A stretch of 63,498 nt of DNA, filler included, from Octopus bimaculoides (GCF_001194135.2; 4 parts of 4 records of this genome joined end to end with filler, not necessarily neighbours in it), one strand, 5' to 3'. Counted from the whole stretch's first letter, positions 12,509-24,984 are shown. Numbers and translations are program-made. The notes: generated from the letters alone by a model not told the origin.

Positions 12509-13165
12509 CCATTATTGTTGCATTATTGAGTATAGTGATATTGGTCCGATATTGGTCCGAGGTGTGTGAGTTAAGATATTCTAGAAGTTTTACGCTAATG
12601 GGTGATGGACAGAAAATGAGATTACTATTGGGTTTTTGCTGGACTTTGCAATTGTTATAATGATGCCCAGCTCATAGATGCTGGGAACATTATATAATTG
12701 GTCTGTATAGTAACACAAGTTGGTGAGAACAACTCTCTCCCGTTGACTCATACATGCAGACATGCACTGAAGAAAGATGCGACTTGAAGGAGACAACTGT
12801 AATTTATGCAAGGATTAGAAACGCTCAAATATATATTCCTAGGGTAGTAGGATGTAATTTGAGGGAGATTTTATTCACATTTCTAACAAACCTAGCAGTT
12901 ATTCAGACACAACGTTTGTTCATATTTATGTACATAACAGAAGATAGTATGATGATAACTTGAGGAACATTTGGCTGTTATTTGAGGCAGATCATCCGAA
13001 TGTTCGAGTCGGCATCGCTGGATTTTTGTCTGTGATAGACTCCAGATCATCTGGGAACCTCACATGCAATGGATTGGCGTTGTCATCGAAGTATATTCTT
13101 GGGGCTTAAGATATCAGATTTAATTTGAGGTTTACCAATTTTATATTTAGTAATAAAGGCAAGGG

Positions 13166-13385
13166 GGCGGGCGGGCTGACAGAATCGTTAGCACGCCGGG
13201 AAGAAAATTCCTTCGCAGTATTTCGTCCGTCTTTACGTTCTGAATTCAAATTCCGCCGAGGTCGACATTGCTTTTCATTCTTCGGAGTCGATAAAATAAG
13301 TATTAGTTGAACACTGGGGTCGATGTAATTGAATCTCCCTTCCCCCGGAATTGCTAGCTTTGTGCCAAAATTTGAAATTAATATT
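13166..13385 (+). mobile_element. Family-A SINE
   Basis: agaatcgttagcacgccggg...gaattcaaattccgccgaggtcgacattgcttttcattcttcggagtcgataaaataag. Confidence 0.88.
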
Positions 13386-13514
13386 TACTAACAGACGGCG
13401 AATCATATCTACAGTATCGAAAATATGCAGGAGTTCCAGTAAGAGAAAGTTCTGAATATGATAAGAATCATTTCTAAGTATTGTTATATAATTAAGATAG
13501 ATTAAATGCTTTTG

Positions 13515-13648
13515 ATTAACAATTTGGTTTTGGGTTCAGTCCCATTACGTGGCACATTGAGCAAGTGTTTTCTATTACAACCCAGGGCCGACTAATGACT
13601 GGTGAATGTATTCGGTAGAGGGGAAACTTTGTGGAAGCCTTTTGAATA

Positions 13649-13685
<37 letters not shown>

Positions 13686-13910
13686 TTGTATATGTACCTT
13701 TGTGTTTGTGTTTCTGACTCCATGAACGCTTGACAGCCGATGTCATTTTGTTTTTGTCCCCGTAACTCAGCAGTTCGGCAAAAGGGATGATGGGAAAAGT
13801 ACCAGTCTTAGAAGAAAATAACACAAGTACAGGGGCCGATATTTCTTCAACTAAACACTTCAAGACGGTGTCTCAGTATGAACGCAGTCCAGTGACTGAA
13901 ATAAGTATAA
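13515..13910 (+). mobile_element. CORE-type SINE with internal (TG)n, diverged
   Basis: gggttcagtcccattacgtggcacattgagcaagtgttttcta...ccccgtaactcagcagttcggcaaaag. Confidence 0.78.
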
Positions 13911-14039
13911 AACTAAAGGGAAAACAACGGGAAAAAATGTGTGAAACCTAATTCAACCATGAAAAGGGTTACATAATTAAAACAAAGAAGTCTTCAATTA
14001 TCAGTCCTTTTCTTATTAGGCACAAGGCCTCAATAATTA

Positions 14040-14260
14040 TTGGTTTCGAATTTAGAAACAAGGCCGGCGATTTCCCAGTGGGGGAGTGAAAAGTCGGTTA
14101 CATCGACCCGAATGCTCAACTGGTACTTATTTCATCGACTCCGAAAGGATTCAAGGCAAAATCGACCTGAACGGAATTTGAACCTCAGAACGTAAAGACA
14201 GACGGAAACCCGCTAAGAATTTTATCCGGCGTGCTAACGGTTCAGCCATCTCACCGTCCT
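14040..14260 (-). mobile_element. Family-A SINE
   Basis: ctggtacttatttcatcgactccgaaagg...ggaatttgaacctcagaacg. Confidence 0.85.
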
Positions 14261-14272
14261 AATCCTCAATTA

Positions 14273-16098
14273 CACTGGGGAACATTTTTGAAAAAAATTT
14301 TAGTTGTCTTTCTTTTTGCACTTAGTCCCACCTAATTTGATGGTGCTGTGTTCAGAAATTCCCTCAACACTTGATGAAATTGACAATGTTAACTAGAAAT
14401 CTTACAAGAAATTTAAGAAACTAATACTTCATGAATATATGATATAGAATAAAAGGAAAAAGAATATAAACTTTTCTATCACCACGTTTTTTCATTTTTT
14501 TACCAAAAAAAATGTTTATTTTACAAAAAAAAATGTCAATTTTGCCATTAAATGCAAACTGAAATAAGAAGCTAACACAAACCAAAATAGCACTTTTTAA
14601 TGTTTAACAGATATATTACACAAAATATTTAATTACTCATCTTAGAATAGATATTTCTGTCAAATATCTGTCAGCTTCACAAGGAATGAATTGTCTCTTT
14701 GCAGCTTTGTGTGAATAAATTGCATCATGACAGTCTCTTTGCAGTGACCAGCAATAGACAATATCGTGTTGGTGTTCCACTTGCCTTCATACCTAGTCTC
14801 CATGTTTTTCGATGTCTTGGTTGAATCTTTCTCCTTGCTCATCAATTAATGCCTTATGATTTTCAAGGAAGTAGTCCAGATGACTGTGCAGGAAATGCAC
14901 ATTTACACTCATGTTGCAGCCCAGCGCTCGAAAACTGGTTAACAGAGTCTGCACAAGATCTTCATAATCTAATGGCTTCTTATTTCCCAAGAAATCAGAC
15001 ACAGCTGCAGCAAAATCTCTCCATGCTTCTTTTTCAATGCCAAAAATAGCTCATCCTGTAATTGCCACTTAATAAGTGGCCCATCAAACACACCAAACTT
15101 AATTTTATCACAAAACAAAACTGGAAACTTCTGCTTAAGTATTTGAAGTAGTCACTATCTCGGCGTTTCAACACATGCTTTACCTACTATATGGGATGCC
15201 CAGGCTTTGTCTTGTCACCCAGTTTCATGCTAAATTAAGAAAATAAGGTAAGATTTTTTCACAAAATTTGTAATTTTTTTTTCACTGCCTAATCCAGAAA
15301 TAAGCAGAGACATCAGGGCTGTTTTTAAATTCTCTTCTCTCACAACTGGCCATATTTCTGAAATATAAAACATATTCAAACCAGTTGTCACCAGGGAAAA
15401 GCATTCTCAGAATAGTCAACAGTTATAAAGTAAGCAAATACAGATTTGTGATGGCAAAGTTCCATAAAGAGCATACACACCATGAAGTTCTTTTTACAGT
15501 TCTTTGACCATGCTTGACGAAAAGTGACCTTAACCCATGAGACTTCACAATTCGGACATTAAGGGCACATTCAAAATAACAATTTTCATAAGAAACAAAA
15601 GTTTAACAAAACATGCCTCAACTAGTTTGCAATGATAGTCACATTAAATGAAGCAGAGCGTGGGCGTATCTGCAAACAAATTCCGCAAATATGAGACATG
15701 TATAGTATCAAGGACCACAGAAATATGTTATTTTTTAACATCTAATTGTATGAAGGACATTTCTATCATCATCATGACATTTGAAACTGGTTAAGTTCAA
15801 AATAGTGAAAGTTGCTTACGTTTGATACTTTTATTGACTGAAGACACTTTAACCATGACCTTTGTTTTCACATTTGCAGTTTTCAAAGTTATGTCAAGCT
15901 CCATACATGGGTTCACGTTTGATGAAGTTAAATCTATCCTTAGAAATGGTGACCAGAAATGCTGAAAAATGGACATCTGAGTTTGTGAAAAATCTTAACG
16001 TGATAGAGCAAAATGGAATTCATTTTTGAAATCAGCACCCCAGAATTAGTAAGAAATATGTCTCCAAAATCAGACAACAAAAACCCTGTTCCCCAGTG
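14273..16098 (-). mobile_element. Chapaev-like (CMC superfamily) DNA transposon, internally deleted, both ends intact
   Basis: 12-bp TIR CACTGGGGAACA (14273-14284) / TGTTCCCCAGTG (16087-16098); TTA duplication at 14270-14272 and 16099-16101. Minus-strand relics: MAS..RR..KNSPD (ATG at 15353), KLGD.DKAWASH, DFLGNKK...LGCNMSVNVHFLHSHLDYF...EQGERFNQDI..METRY.GKW. Confidence 0.85.
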
Positions 16099-16971
16099 TT
16101 ATATATCTACCAAAATCAAACGAGCCTAAACTAACCCAGGGTAATATTTGTTGGTAGAGTAACAACATTCATAATACAAAAATGTAAATGGGCTTATATT
16201 AATGGAATTGAAAACAGATCAGGCGAGTATAAATATCACGAGTAAATTTTCAACTAATCTATGCAGCAGCTGCCGAAGCCAGCAAAGGAAATGAGGAACT
16301 TGCTTAAAATTTCCTATTTCGGAAAAAGCTACACAAGTAAACGAGGTACAAGTTATNNNNNNNNNNNNNNNNNNNNNNNNNNNNNNNNNNNNNNNNNNNN
16401 NNNNNNNNNNNNNNNNNNNNNNNNNNNNNNNNNNNNNNNNNNNNNNNNNNNNNNNNNNNNNNNNNNNNNNNNNNNNNNNNNNNNNNNNNNNNNNNNNNNN
16501 NNNNNNNNNNNNNNNNNNNNNNNNNNNNNNNNNNNNNNNNNNNNNNNNNNNNNNNNNNNNNNNNNNNNNNNNNNNNNNNNNNNNNNNNNNNNNNNNNNNN
16601 NNNNNNNNNNNNNNNNNNNNNNNNNNNNNNNNNNNNNNNNNNNNNNNNNNNNNNNNNNNNNNNNNNNNNNNNNNNNNNNNNNNNNNNNNNNNNNNNNGGG
16701 GTGTATGTGTGTATGTGTGTGCGTGTGTGGGTGTGTGTGTGTGTGTGTGTGTAAAGGGATATATAGAATTTAAAAGAAATTATGTATCAACACTTGATGA
16801 AATTGACAATGTTAACTAGAAATCTTACAAGAAATTTAAGAAAGTAATACTTCCGAAATATATGATTTAGAATAAAAGGGAAAAGAATATAAAATTGTAA
16901 AATACCCGCGAGAAGAAAACTTCGGTAAATTGCAAACAGTAATAATAACAATAATAACAACAAAAAAAACA

Positions 16972-17135
16972 ATACTGTTAAACAGTGTACACATCCTACG
17001 TAAAGCACATTCAATACGCTAAAAAATGATAACAGCAAAACCAACCACAGCACATACCCAAGTCCCAAAAAGCTGCGCTCGGTAATGCAGTGAAAGCACG
17101 TGAAGAAAATAGAACTATTGACTAATAAAAATAAT
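16972..17135 (+). mobile_element. 3'-terminal fragment of an R4/Dong-like element
   Basis: ILLNSVHILRKAHSIR* (16972-17022) resembles the family C-terminus LLGTAHILRKVL; preceded by (AAT/AAC)n at 16940-16970. Confidence 0.6.
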
Positions 17136-17240
17136 TGTTTCTACTAATTTTGTGGGGAGGAGACTTGTCTATTACATCGACCCCAGTGTTTCACTGGTAC
17201 TTAATTTATCGACACCGAAAGGATGAAAGGCAAAGTCGAT
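17135..17240 (-). mobile_element. Family-A SINE, partial
   Basis: tacatcgaccccagtgtttcactggtacttaatttatcgacaccgaaaggatgaaaggcaaagtcga. Confidence 0.85.
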
Positions 17241-17590
17241 CCGGAAAGTGAAGCCAGACAGATCTCTACTCAGGTGACAGTCTTCGGGAAGATTAATAAC
17301 GAAAGAGGAATTTTCCAAGGAGACTCGTTATTCTCTTTAATATTTGTCTTATGCTTGAGCTCCCTCAGTTTAGTATTAAGGAAGGCAAAGGCAGGGTAGA
17401 GAATAGAAAATGCCAGATAGCTGACTTTACAGTCCCAAAAGATGAAAAAATCAATATGAGAAATATGGAAAAAATAGTGAAGTGCCAGGACTTAGCCATT
17501 GAATTACAGAGACTATGGAATGTTCGGGTAAAATGTGTCCCAGTAGTTATAGGTGCATTAGGAACTATCCCTAAAGATTTGAACAGCACT
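17241..17590 (+). mobile_element. R4/Dong-like relic: RT piece fused to restriction-like endonuclease piece
   Basis: RGIFQGDS at 17304-17327, then CQIADFTVPKD...EKIVKCQDLAIELQRLWNVRVKCVPVVIGALGTIPKDL. Confidence 0.85.
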
Positions 17591-17607
17591 AGCATTAAAG
17601 AGCAAGA

Positions 17608-17990
17608 CGTCCCTAGAAAGGCCTCCAGGTGTCTGAAGAAGTCTGGCTACCCCGCTCCAGTTGGTACGTACACTGCGACCAGTTTAAAAGCACTGCCTTC
17701 GTTATTATTCATGCACAGGACCACCGACCTATCTTTTGGGTCCAGGAAGACCGACCGTATCTCGAGATCCAGGCCTCTTCTGAACAACACTGCCACCACC
17801 TCCATACCCCGTCAACTAAGAGATGCGAAAACTCAGTCATTGAAAATAGATGCCCAAGACCCGTATGTCTGCGATCCTGGTCTCATTGATGGCTATTACA
17901 TGAATACTTAGCCACCTGAGATCGTTGCGCAAGCGTCGTTGCTTCCACGACGACCCCAAGCCCACGTACAAGCTACTTGAAGAACCGCCA
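17608..17990 (-). mobile_element. L1/Tx1-like AP-endonuclease (ORF2 N-terminus) fragment
   Basis: LYVGLGSSWKQRRLRNDLRWLSIHVIAINET...GGVAVLFRRGLDLEIRSVFLDPKDRSVVL...FKLVAVYVPTG..PDFFRHLEAFL. Confidence 0.78.
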
Positions 17991-18243
17991 TGCTGGCCAG
18001 GCAGTAAGGAAAGGAAAAAAGGGGTACCACTTAACCTCATGGTGCTGTTTGTGGTCGAGAGGTTCTCCCACCTTGTCAGTTCTGTTGGGTTTGTCTGGAA
18101 ACCCCTTTAAAAGCTATCTGCTGGTCGTTACACAAGGAGATCCAACTTCATACGGATACCTCCGCTTTATGCTCGTAAAGTCCCTAATGTCATTCGCACC
18201 GTCATTAGGATCTCCGGTACTCTAAAAGTGTTGGGGCTGCAGA

Positions 18244-18432
18244 TCACCCCTCTATTTCAATATTCTCGTTCTGTGCTTTGAGAGCCATCAACTTTTCATT
18301 GGCCCTCCTCACTAGCACGAAATTCCGTTGCTGTGTGTATGGTTGTTGTTGTAGTGACATTTTTCTTTTTAAAATTTGTTGTGTTTTTGATAGTGTTGGT
18401 GATTGTGGTACTCGTAGTGTTGGCGTTTTCAT
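18244..18432 (-). mobile_element. Possible ORF1 remnant of the same L1/Tx1-like element
   Basis: Upstream of and co-oriented with the endonuclease fragment; helical VLVRRANEKLMALKAQNE; no diagnostic motif. Confidence 0.3.
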
Positions 18433-19392
18433 ACATTTTCATAATTTGTCGAACATATATGACTATTATTGTTTTAATATTTTTGGTGCGTCTGTAATTT
18501 TGAAAGTTTTAGTATTGTTTCGATATTGAATATTTTTAGTATTGTTTCGGTATTGAACTTTTTAATGAGAAATGCATTAAATATATTATAACTACTCCTT
18601 TTGGCTCGGTTTATATGGTAAAGTTTTTTGAATAGTCGAACTTGTCTGCTTTCTTATCTTCGATTTGAAATATGTATGTATGTATGTATGTATGTCTGTA
18701 TGTATGAGTGTGTGTGTGTGTATGTATGTATGTATGTATGTATGTATGTATGTCTGTATGTATGAGTGTGTGTGTATGTATGTATGTATGTATGTAGGCG
18801 TTGCTGTGTGATCAGAAGTTTTCTTCCAAAGCACATGGTTCCGGCTTCTGTCGATTTTATTCGACTAAAAATACTTGAAGGTGATGCCCCAGTATGGCCG
18901 CAATCTAATGACTGAAACAAATAAAAAATAAAAGATGAAAAACTTATGTAAGAGCGGATTGTAGTATACGCGAGTGTTTAAAAATGACTGTGTGTATATA
19001 AATTAGTTTAACCGCGTTGTAAATTTCTCCAATCTCGTGCGTCACAAGAAGATGCATATATCACGCTATGATTCATAATTGTTCGTTTCTTGATCTCAAA
19101 TCCTCCAGGGTGTACGGAGGGTGGGGAAGAGGTAGGCTACAGGTGTCAATCGAACTAACCACAGTTCAATGGGCGACACTAATTCGAAAGAAAATGGTAA
19201 TGAAATTGAATTAAATCTATTTACATCATCAAACTACTATGACGTAAATGAATACACAACCGTATATATACATGTATATATGCGTATGTATGTGTGATTA
19301 AGCATATATATATATGTGTGTGTGTGTGTGTGTATGTATATACACATACAGAATATATATATATGTATATATGTGTATGTATATGTGATTAA

Positions 19393-19423
<31 letters not shown>

Positions 19424-19564
19424 CAGAATATATACGTGTATATATGTGTGTGTGTGTGTGAGTAAACATGTATATATATATATAGGTATGTATATATATA
19501 TATGTATATATATGTATGTATGCATGTATGTATGTATGTATATATATGTATGTATGCATGTATG

Positions 19565-19595
<31 letters not shown>

Positions 19596-20109
19596 NNNNN
19601 NNNNNNNNNNNNNNNNNNNNNNNNNNNNNNNNNNNNNNNNNNNNNNNNNNNNNNNNNNNNNNNNNNNNNNNNNNNNNNNNNNNNNNNNNNNNNNNNNNNN
19701 NNNNNNNNNNNNNNNNNNNNNNNNNNNNNNNNNNNNNNNNNNNNNNNNNNNNNNNNNNNNNNNNNNNNNNNNNNNNNNNNNNNNNNNNNNNNNNNNNNNN
19801 NNNNNNNNNNNNNNNNNNNNNNNNNNNNNNNNNNNNNNNNNNNNNNNNNNNNNNNNNNNNNNNNNNNNNNNNNNNNNNNNNNNNNNNNNNNNNNNNNNNN
19901 NNNNNNNNNNNNNNNNNNNNNNNNNNNNNNNNNNNNNNNNNNNNNNNNNNNNNNNNNNNNNNNNNNNNNNNNNNNNNNNNNNNNNNNNNNNNNNNNNNNN
20001 NNNNNNNNNNNNNNNNNNNAAGCCAGCTGGAGGAGATGTCCTCCTGGGGCTAAAAGCAACAGTAACATCCACCCCTAGGGGTCAGCCACACTTAAGTGGC
20101 AATATACTA

Positions 20110-20163
<54 letters not shown>

Positions 20164-20607
20164 GTGTGTGTGTGTGTATGTATGTATAGATAGATATAGA
20201 ATCGAAATAATTAAATGCGATACATAAATGAATGTCGATTTATTGATTGAATATCATGTTTTATTTATTCAGCTATTGTGTAAAGGAAATGCCTCTGCTA
20301 GGTTATGAAACATAAAAACAGAAAACCATCTTCTGTTGTAATTCGTTTCATTAGACACCACCTTGCTGAACCATGGAAGCATATTTCAAAAATATCACTG
20401 GATTTTATAGTTAAATATTATTTAAATATTCATGACACGCAGCAGAGCGACAAGTACAGTTATTTAGTTGACGTCGTTGATTCGTCATAATTGCAATCTT
20501 TGTTACGTAGTCTAAAAGAATTGGTATATTTGAGTATTTTTCTTTCCAAAATAGATATGAGTAATATTCGTTTGTCGGGGCGACGAGGACCATCTTGGTG
20601 TCCTATA

Positions 20608-21239
20608 GTTAAGTATTTCAAATTTTGTCACAAGGCTAGCAAATTCAGAGGAGCAGCATGTCGATAGCATCGACACCAGTTCTCAACTGGTACTTATACT
20701 ATTGACGCCGAAAGGATAAAAGGCAAAGTCGACCTCGGCGGAAATTGAACTCAGAATGTAAGGAAGGACGAAATTCCATTAAGCTTCTTGCCCCGCGTGC
20801 TAACGATTCTGTCAGACCACCGCATTAAGCGTCCTATAATCTTTTCTACTGTAAGCACAAGGCTCGAAATTTTGGAGAAGTGGGGTCAGTCGAATAGATC
20901 GACTCCAGCACGCAACTGGTACTTAATTTGTCGACCACGAAATGATGAAAGGCAAAGTCGACCTCAGCAAAATTTGAATTCAGAACGTAAAGACAGACGA
21001 AATACCTATTTCGTTATTGCCCACAAGGGGCTAAACATAGAGGGAACAGACAAGAACAGACGAGCGGATTAAGTCGATTACATCAACCCCAGTGCGTAAC
21101 TGGTACTTAATTTATCGACCCCGAAAGGATGAAAGGCAAAGTCGACCTCGGTGGAATTTGAACTCAGAACGTAACAGCAGACGAAATACCGCTAAGCACT
21201 TCGCCCGGCGTGCTAACGATTCTGCCAGCTCGCCGCCTT
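20608..21239 (-). mobile_element. Three adjacent family-A SINEs (about 20608-20825, 20836-21006, 21007-21239)
   Basis: Central domain occurs three times; the last two form a dimer like 6125-6558. Confidence 0.9.
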
Positions 21240-21263
21240 GACTGATGATTTAACACAGTTACT

Positions 21264-21363
21264 NNNNNNNNNNNNNNNNNNNNNNNNNNNNNNNNNNNNN
21301 NNNNNNNTTAATTAATTAANNNNNNNNNNNNNNNNNNNNNNNNNNNNNNNNNNNNNNNNNNNN
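21264..21363. other. Artificial 100-nt scaffold spacer (44 N + TTAATTAATTAA + 44 N); also at 31157-31256 and 50579-50678
   Basis: Identical geometry three times; the linker places stops in all six frames. Confidence 0.95.
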
Positions 21364-21607
21364 ATCAGATTGGGCAGAAGATGTTGATGCACCATTTTGC
21401 ATTATGTTCAAAGTAGCTTCTGGAATGTGGTGAATTGCTGCAGTCTGTTGCTGTCATTTTAAACCGGTTGCTTTCTTTCCCCAGCAAACTCTCTTCTTTG
21501 GAGGCATAATCTATGTATATATTAAACAGAACAACAAAAGTTATAATAGATGGCAGGGTCGGTATTTTTCACATATCTGTAATTTTTCAGATTAACACCC
21601 ACACGAT

Positions 21608-21812
21608 TACCCAACCCTAATCCTAAACCTAATCCTAACACTAACCCTAACATTAACCCTAAACCCTAACCCTAACCCTAAGACCCTAACCCTGAAACCC
21701 TAACCCTGACCTTAAAACCGTAACCGTAACACTAATCCTAACCGTAGCCGTAACCGTAACCCTAAACCCTAACCCCTAGCCCTGACCCTAAAACCCTAAC
21801 CCTAACACCCTA
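21608..21812. repeat. Degenerate telomere-like (CCCTAA)n tract
   Basis: CCCTAA with CCCTAAA, CCCTGA and CCGTAA variants. Confidence 0.9.
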
Positions 21813-23238
21813 GTGAAAATCGTGGTATATTTACAAAACATTGACGAACATGAGTTATATTTTACTGAATGATTGTGTACTTGCACGTGTATGCGTTTGA
21901 GAGAGGAAGAGGTAGAGAGAGGGGGAGAAAGGAATAGAGGTAGTTAAAAGTTTTCTTATGACGGCGTCTCTTCACTGCCTATTAATTACTTCATTAGAAA
22001 TCTACGGATGCACATACGCACATAATAGAGAAAAATGAAACAAATATGGATGACTTGCTCCGAAACACCACCGAGTGGGGAACACNNNNNNNNNNNNNNN
22101 NNNNNNNNNNNNNNNNNNNNNNNNNNNNNNNNNNNNNNNNNNNNNNNNNNNNNNNNNNNNNNNNNNNNNNNNNNNNNNNNNNNNNNNNNNNNNNNNNNNN
22201 NNNNNNNNNNNNNNNNNNNNNNNNNNNNNNNNNNNNNNNNNNNNNNNNNNNNNNNNNNNNNNNNNNNNNNNNNNNNNNNNNNNNNNNNNNNNNNNNNNNN
22301 NNNNNNNNNNNNNNNNNNNNNNNNNNNNNNNNNNNNNNNNNNNNNNNNNNNNNNNNNNNNNNNNNNNNNNNNNNNNNNNNNNNNNNNNNNNNNNNNNNNN
22401 NNNNNNNNNNNNNNNNNNNNNNNNNNNNNNNNNNNNNNNNNNNNNNNNNNNNNNNNNNNNNNNNNNNNNNNNNNNNNNNNNNNNNNNNNNNNNNNNNNNN
22501 NNNNNNNNNNNNNNNNNNNNNNNNNNNNNNNNNNNNNNNNNNNNNNNNNNNNNNNNNNNNNNNNNNNNNNNNNNNNNNNNNNNNNNNNNNNNNNNNNNNN
22601 NNNNNNNNNNNNNNNNNNNNNNNNNNNNNNNNNNNNNNNNNNNNNNNNNNNNNNNNNNNNNNNNNNNNNNNNNNNNNNNNNNNNNNNNNNNNNNNNNNNN
22701 NNNNNNNNNNNNNNNNNNNNNNNNNNNNNNNNNNNNNNNNNNNNNNNNNNNNNNNNNNNNNNNNNNNNNNNNNNNNNNNNNNNNNNNNNNNNNNNNNNNN
22801 NNNNNNNNNNNNNNNNNNNNNNNNNNNNNNNNNNNNNNNNNNNNNNNNNNNNNNNNNNNNNNNNNNNNNNNNNNNNNNNNNNNNNNNNNNNNNNNNNNNN
22901 NNNNNNNNNNNNNNNNNNNNNNNNNNNNNNNNNNNNNNNNNNNNNNNNNNNNNNNNNNNNNNNNNNNNNNNNNNNNNNNNNNNNNNNNNNNNNNNNNNNN
23001 NNNNNNNNNNNNNNNNNNNNNNNNNNNNNNNNNNNNNNNNNNNNNNNNNNNNNNNNNNNNNNNNAATGTGGATTTCTATAAACTTTTAAAAAGGCTTCAC
23101 ACAGACACACAACTTCAGCTTTATATATTAAGATTATCGTTTTGTCTTATTTTCATTAATTTTTCTCTCCTCTTGTTCTATTGTACTTCATTACATCAGT
23201 GCATGCATGCATATACATACACACATACATACATACAA

Positions 23239-23318
<80 letters not shown>

Positions 23319-23564
23319 GGTTGAGGTAAGTTCTGTTAAGAACGTATTAGAGTCCAAATAGAAAATACATACATACATACATGCATACCCTGTTGTTGAT
23401 GTTGAAATTCCAACGAAGGAGCCTTGGATCTAGGTTAGAAATCAGCTCTTTCTCTATTGGTAAGAAATCATGAAATAAAACTGAATGATATATATACATA
23501 CATGCATACATATATACATATATACACACACATACATATATACACACGCACATACATACACACA

Positions 23565-23622
<58 letters not shown>

Positions 23623-23703
23623 AATAAGAAGTTTGTTTATAAAGTGTTGGCACGTTCGAAAACCTATTATTTAGCATTAAAATTGACGGTAATTGTTGTC
23701 AGG

Positions 23704-23773
23704 TGCCGTTTAGCTTAATGGTAGAGCACTCACCCGTTATGTGAAGGGTACAGTCTCGGCTCCCGAAGCTGCC
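23704..23773 (+). pseudogene. tRNA-derived pseudogene or SINE head
   Basis: Good D-arm/A-box TAGCTTAATGGTAGAGC and anticodon-like stem ctcac..gtga; T-arm (agtctcggctccc) and acceptor stem broken. Confidence 0.55.
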
Positions 23774-23893
23774 TGCTGGCAACACCTTTCCCGTCTTATG
23801 AGGGTAAATCCCCAATCTTCCTCTGTTGTTCTTACAGCTTTACTGCGTTCGAAATTTACTTCCTAGTGTGTGTATATAGATATATATATTATA

Positions 23894-24127
23894 CTGGGTG
23901 GCCCAAAACTAGGTTTGCAGTTATCATGTAGGCGCTTTAAATTTCTTTTAATACTTTTTATTACATTTAAATTTCTATCTTACAAACTGAAAAAGGATCT
24001 TGACAAAGTTAACTAAATTAGCATAGAATGACGTTTTCATATTTTTTTATAATTAAGATCTAAACTGTTAATATATGAATGCGAAAGAGATAGTTAAGAA
24101 CTGTAAACCTATTTTTGGGCCACTCTG
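23894..24127. mobile_element. Tc1/mariner-type MITE (234 bp)
   Basis: TIRs ctgggtggcccaaaactaggtttgcagtt / aactgtaaacctatttttgggccactctg (4 mismatches); TA on both sides. Confidence 0.85.
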
Positions 24128-24135
24128 TATATATA

Positions 24136-24403
24136 GAGAGTTGGCCAAAAGTCATTTGACAATAAATCAAGACAATTTAATTCCAAGATTAAAACAAAAA
24201 TATTTTATATGAGAGTTTGCTAATAAATAGACTAATGTTGAAACGCCNNNNNNNNNNCCCCCCCCCCACCCCCTCCAAAAGCAGTGATTTTAACTCACAG
24301 CATTCAATTATTAAATATTTATAATTGGAATGAATAAATAAAATTGAATCTTAAGTATTTATGGAATTTTGATTTACTGTCGGGTAACTCTTGGCCAACC
24401 TTG
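24136..24403. mobile_element. Second TA-flanked MITE, contains a short gap
   Basis: Imperfect TIRs gagagttggccaaaagtcatttgaca / tgtcgggtaactcttggccaaccttg. Confidence 0.6.
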
Positions 24404-24427
24404 TATATATACCCGGGGCACTTGTAT

Positions 24428-24660
24428 TTATTTCTTTATTTCCCACAAGGGGATAAACATAGAGGGGGCAAACAAGGACAGACAAAGTAATTAAGTCGAT
24501 TACATCGACCCCATTGCGTAACTGGTACTTATTTAATCGACCCCGAAAGGATGAAAGGCAAAGTCAACCTCGGCGGAATTTGAACTCAGAACATAACGGC
24601 AGACGAAATACCGCTAAGCATTTCGCCCGGTATGCTAACGATTCTACCAGCTCGCTGCCC
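24428..24660 (-). mobile_element. Family-A SINE, long-tail subfamily
   Basis: Near-complete copy. Confidence 0.9.
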
Positions 24661-24664
24661 TCTG

Positions 24665-24975
24665 GGACACTTCTGGAACCAATCAGATCTTGCACTATGC
24701 GATACAGTATCATAACTATTTACTGCATCCGTAGCTTCACTGATTTTCTCAACTAAATATGCCTTCTTATCTCTCCTACAGATTTTTCTTCACATGTCTG
24801 TCGGCAACTTGATTGTTGCTGGCGGCTTTTTGCCGACTCTGTTCACTTCTAGCCTTATCCCTTCTCTTCAACTCTTTCCTCTCATTGGTCAGTTTCCACA
24901 TTTTATCTCTTATCCATCTTTTCCTTTTGGTACCTCTTCTAACCTTGTCACAGAATGTGACAAGGCTGGTCCTTT
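24665..24975 (-). mobile_element. RTE-clade LINE fragment (EN-RT linker)
   Basis: KRWIRDKMWKLTNERKELK...DRHVKK...DKKAYL...SEATDA....LYRIVQDLIG. Confidence 0.65.
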
Positions 24976-24984
24976 TAATTACTA

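Noticed and set aside
21308-21319. TTAATTAATTAA palindrome recurring three times
   Set aside because: Always centred in 44+44 Ns; an assembly spacer
21608-21812. True telomere or chromosome fusion site
   Set aside because: Short, highly degenerate, single orientation; the similar tract at 57 kb sits inside a TIR element
23704-23773. Functional tRNA gene
   Set aside because: T-arm and acceptor stem do not pair
24943-24965. 10-bp perfect hairpin ccttgtcaca-gaa-tgtgacaagg
   Set aside because: Short, at the edge of a LINE relic; compatible with chance
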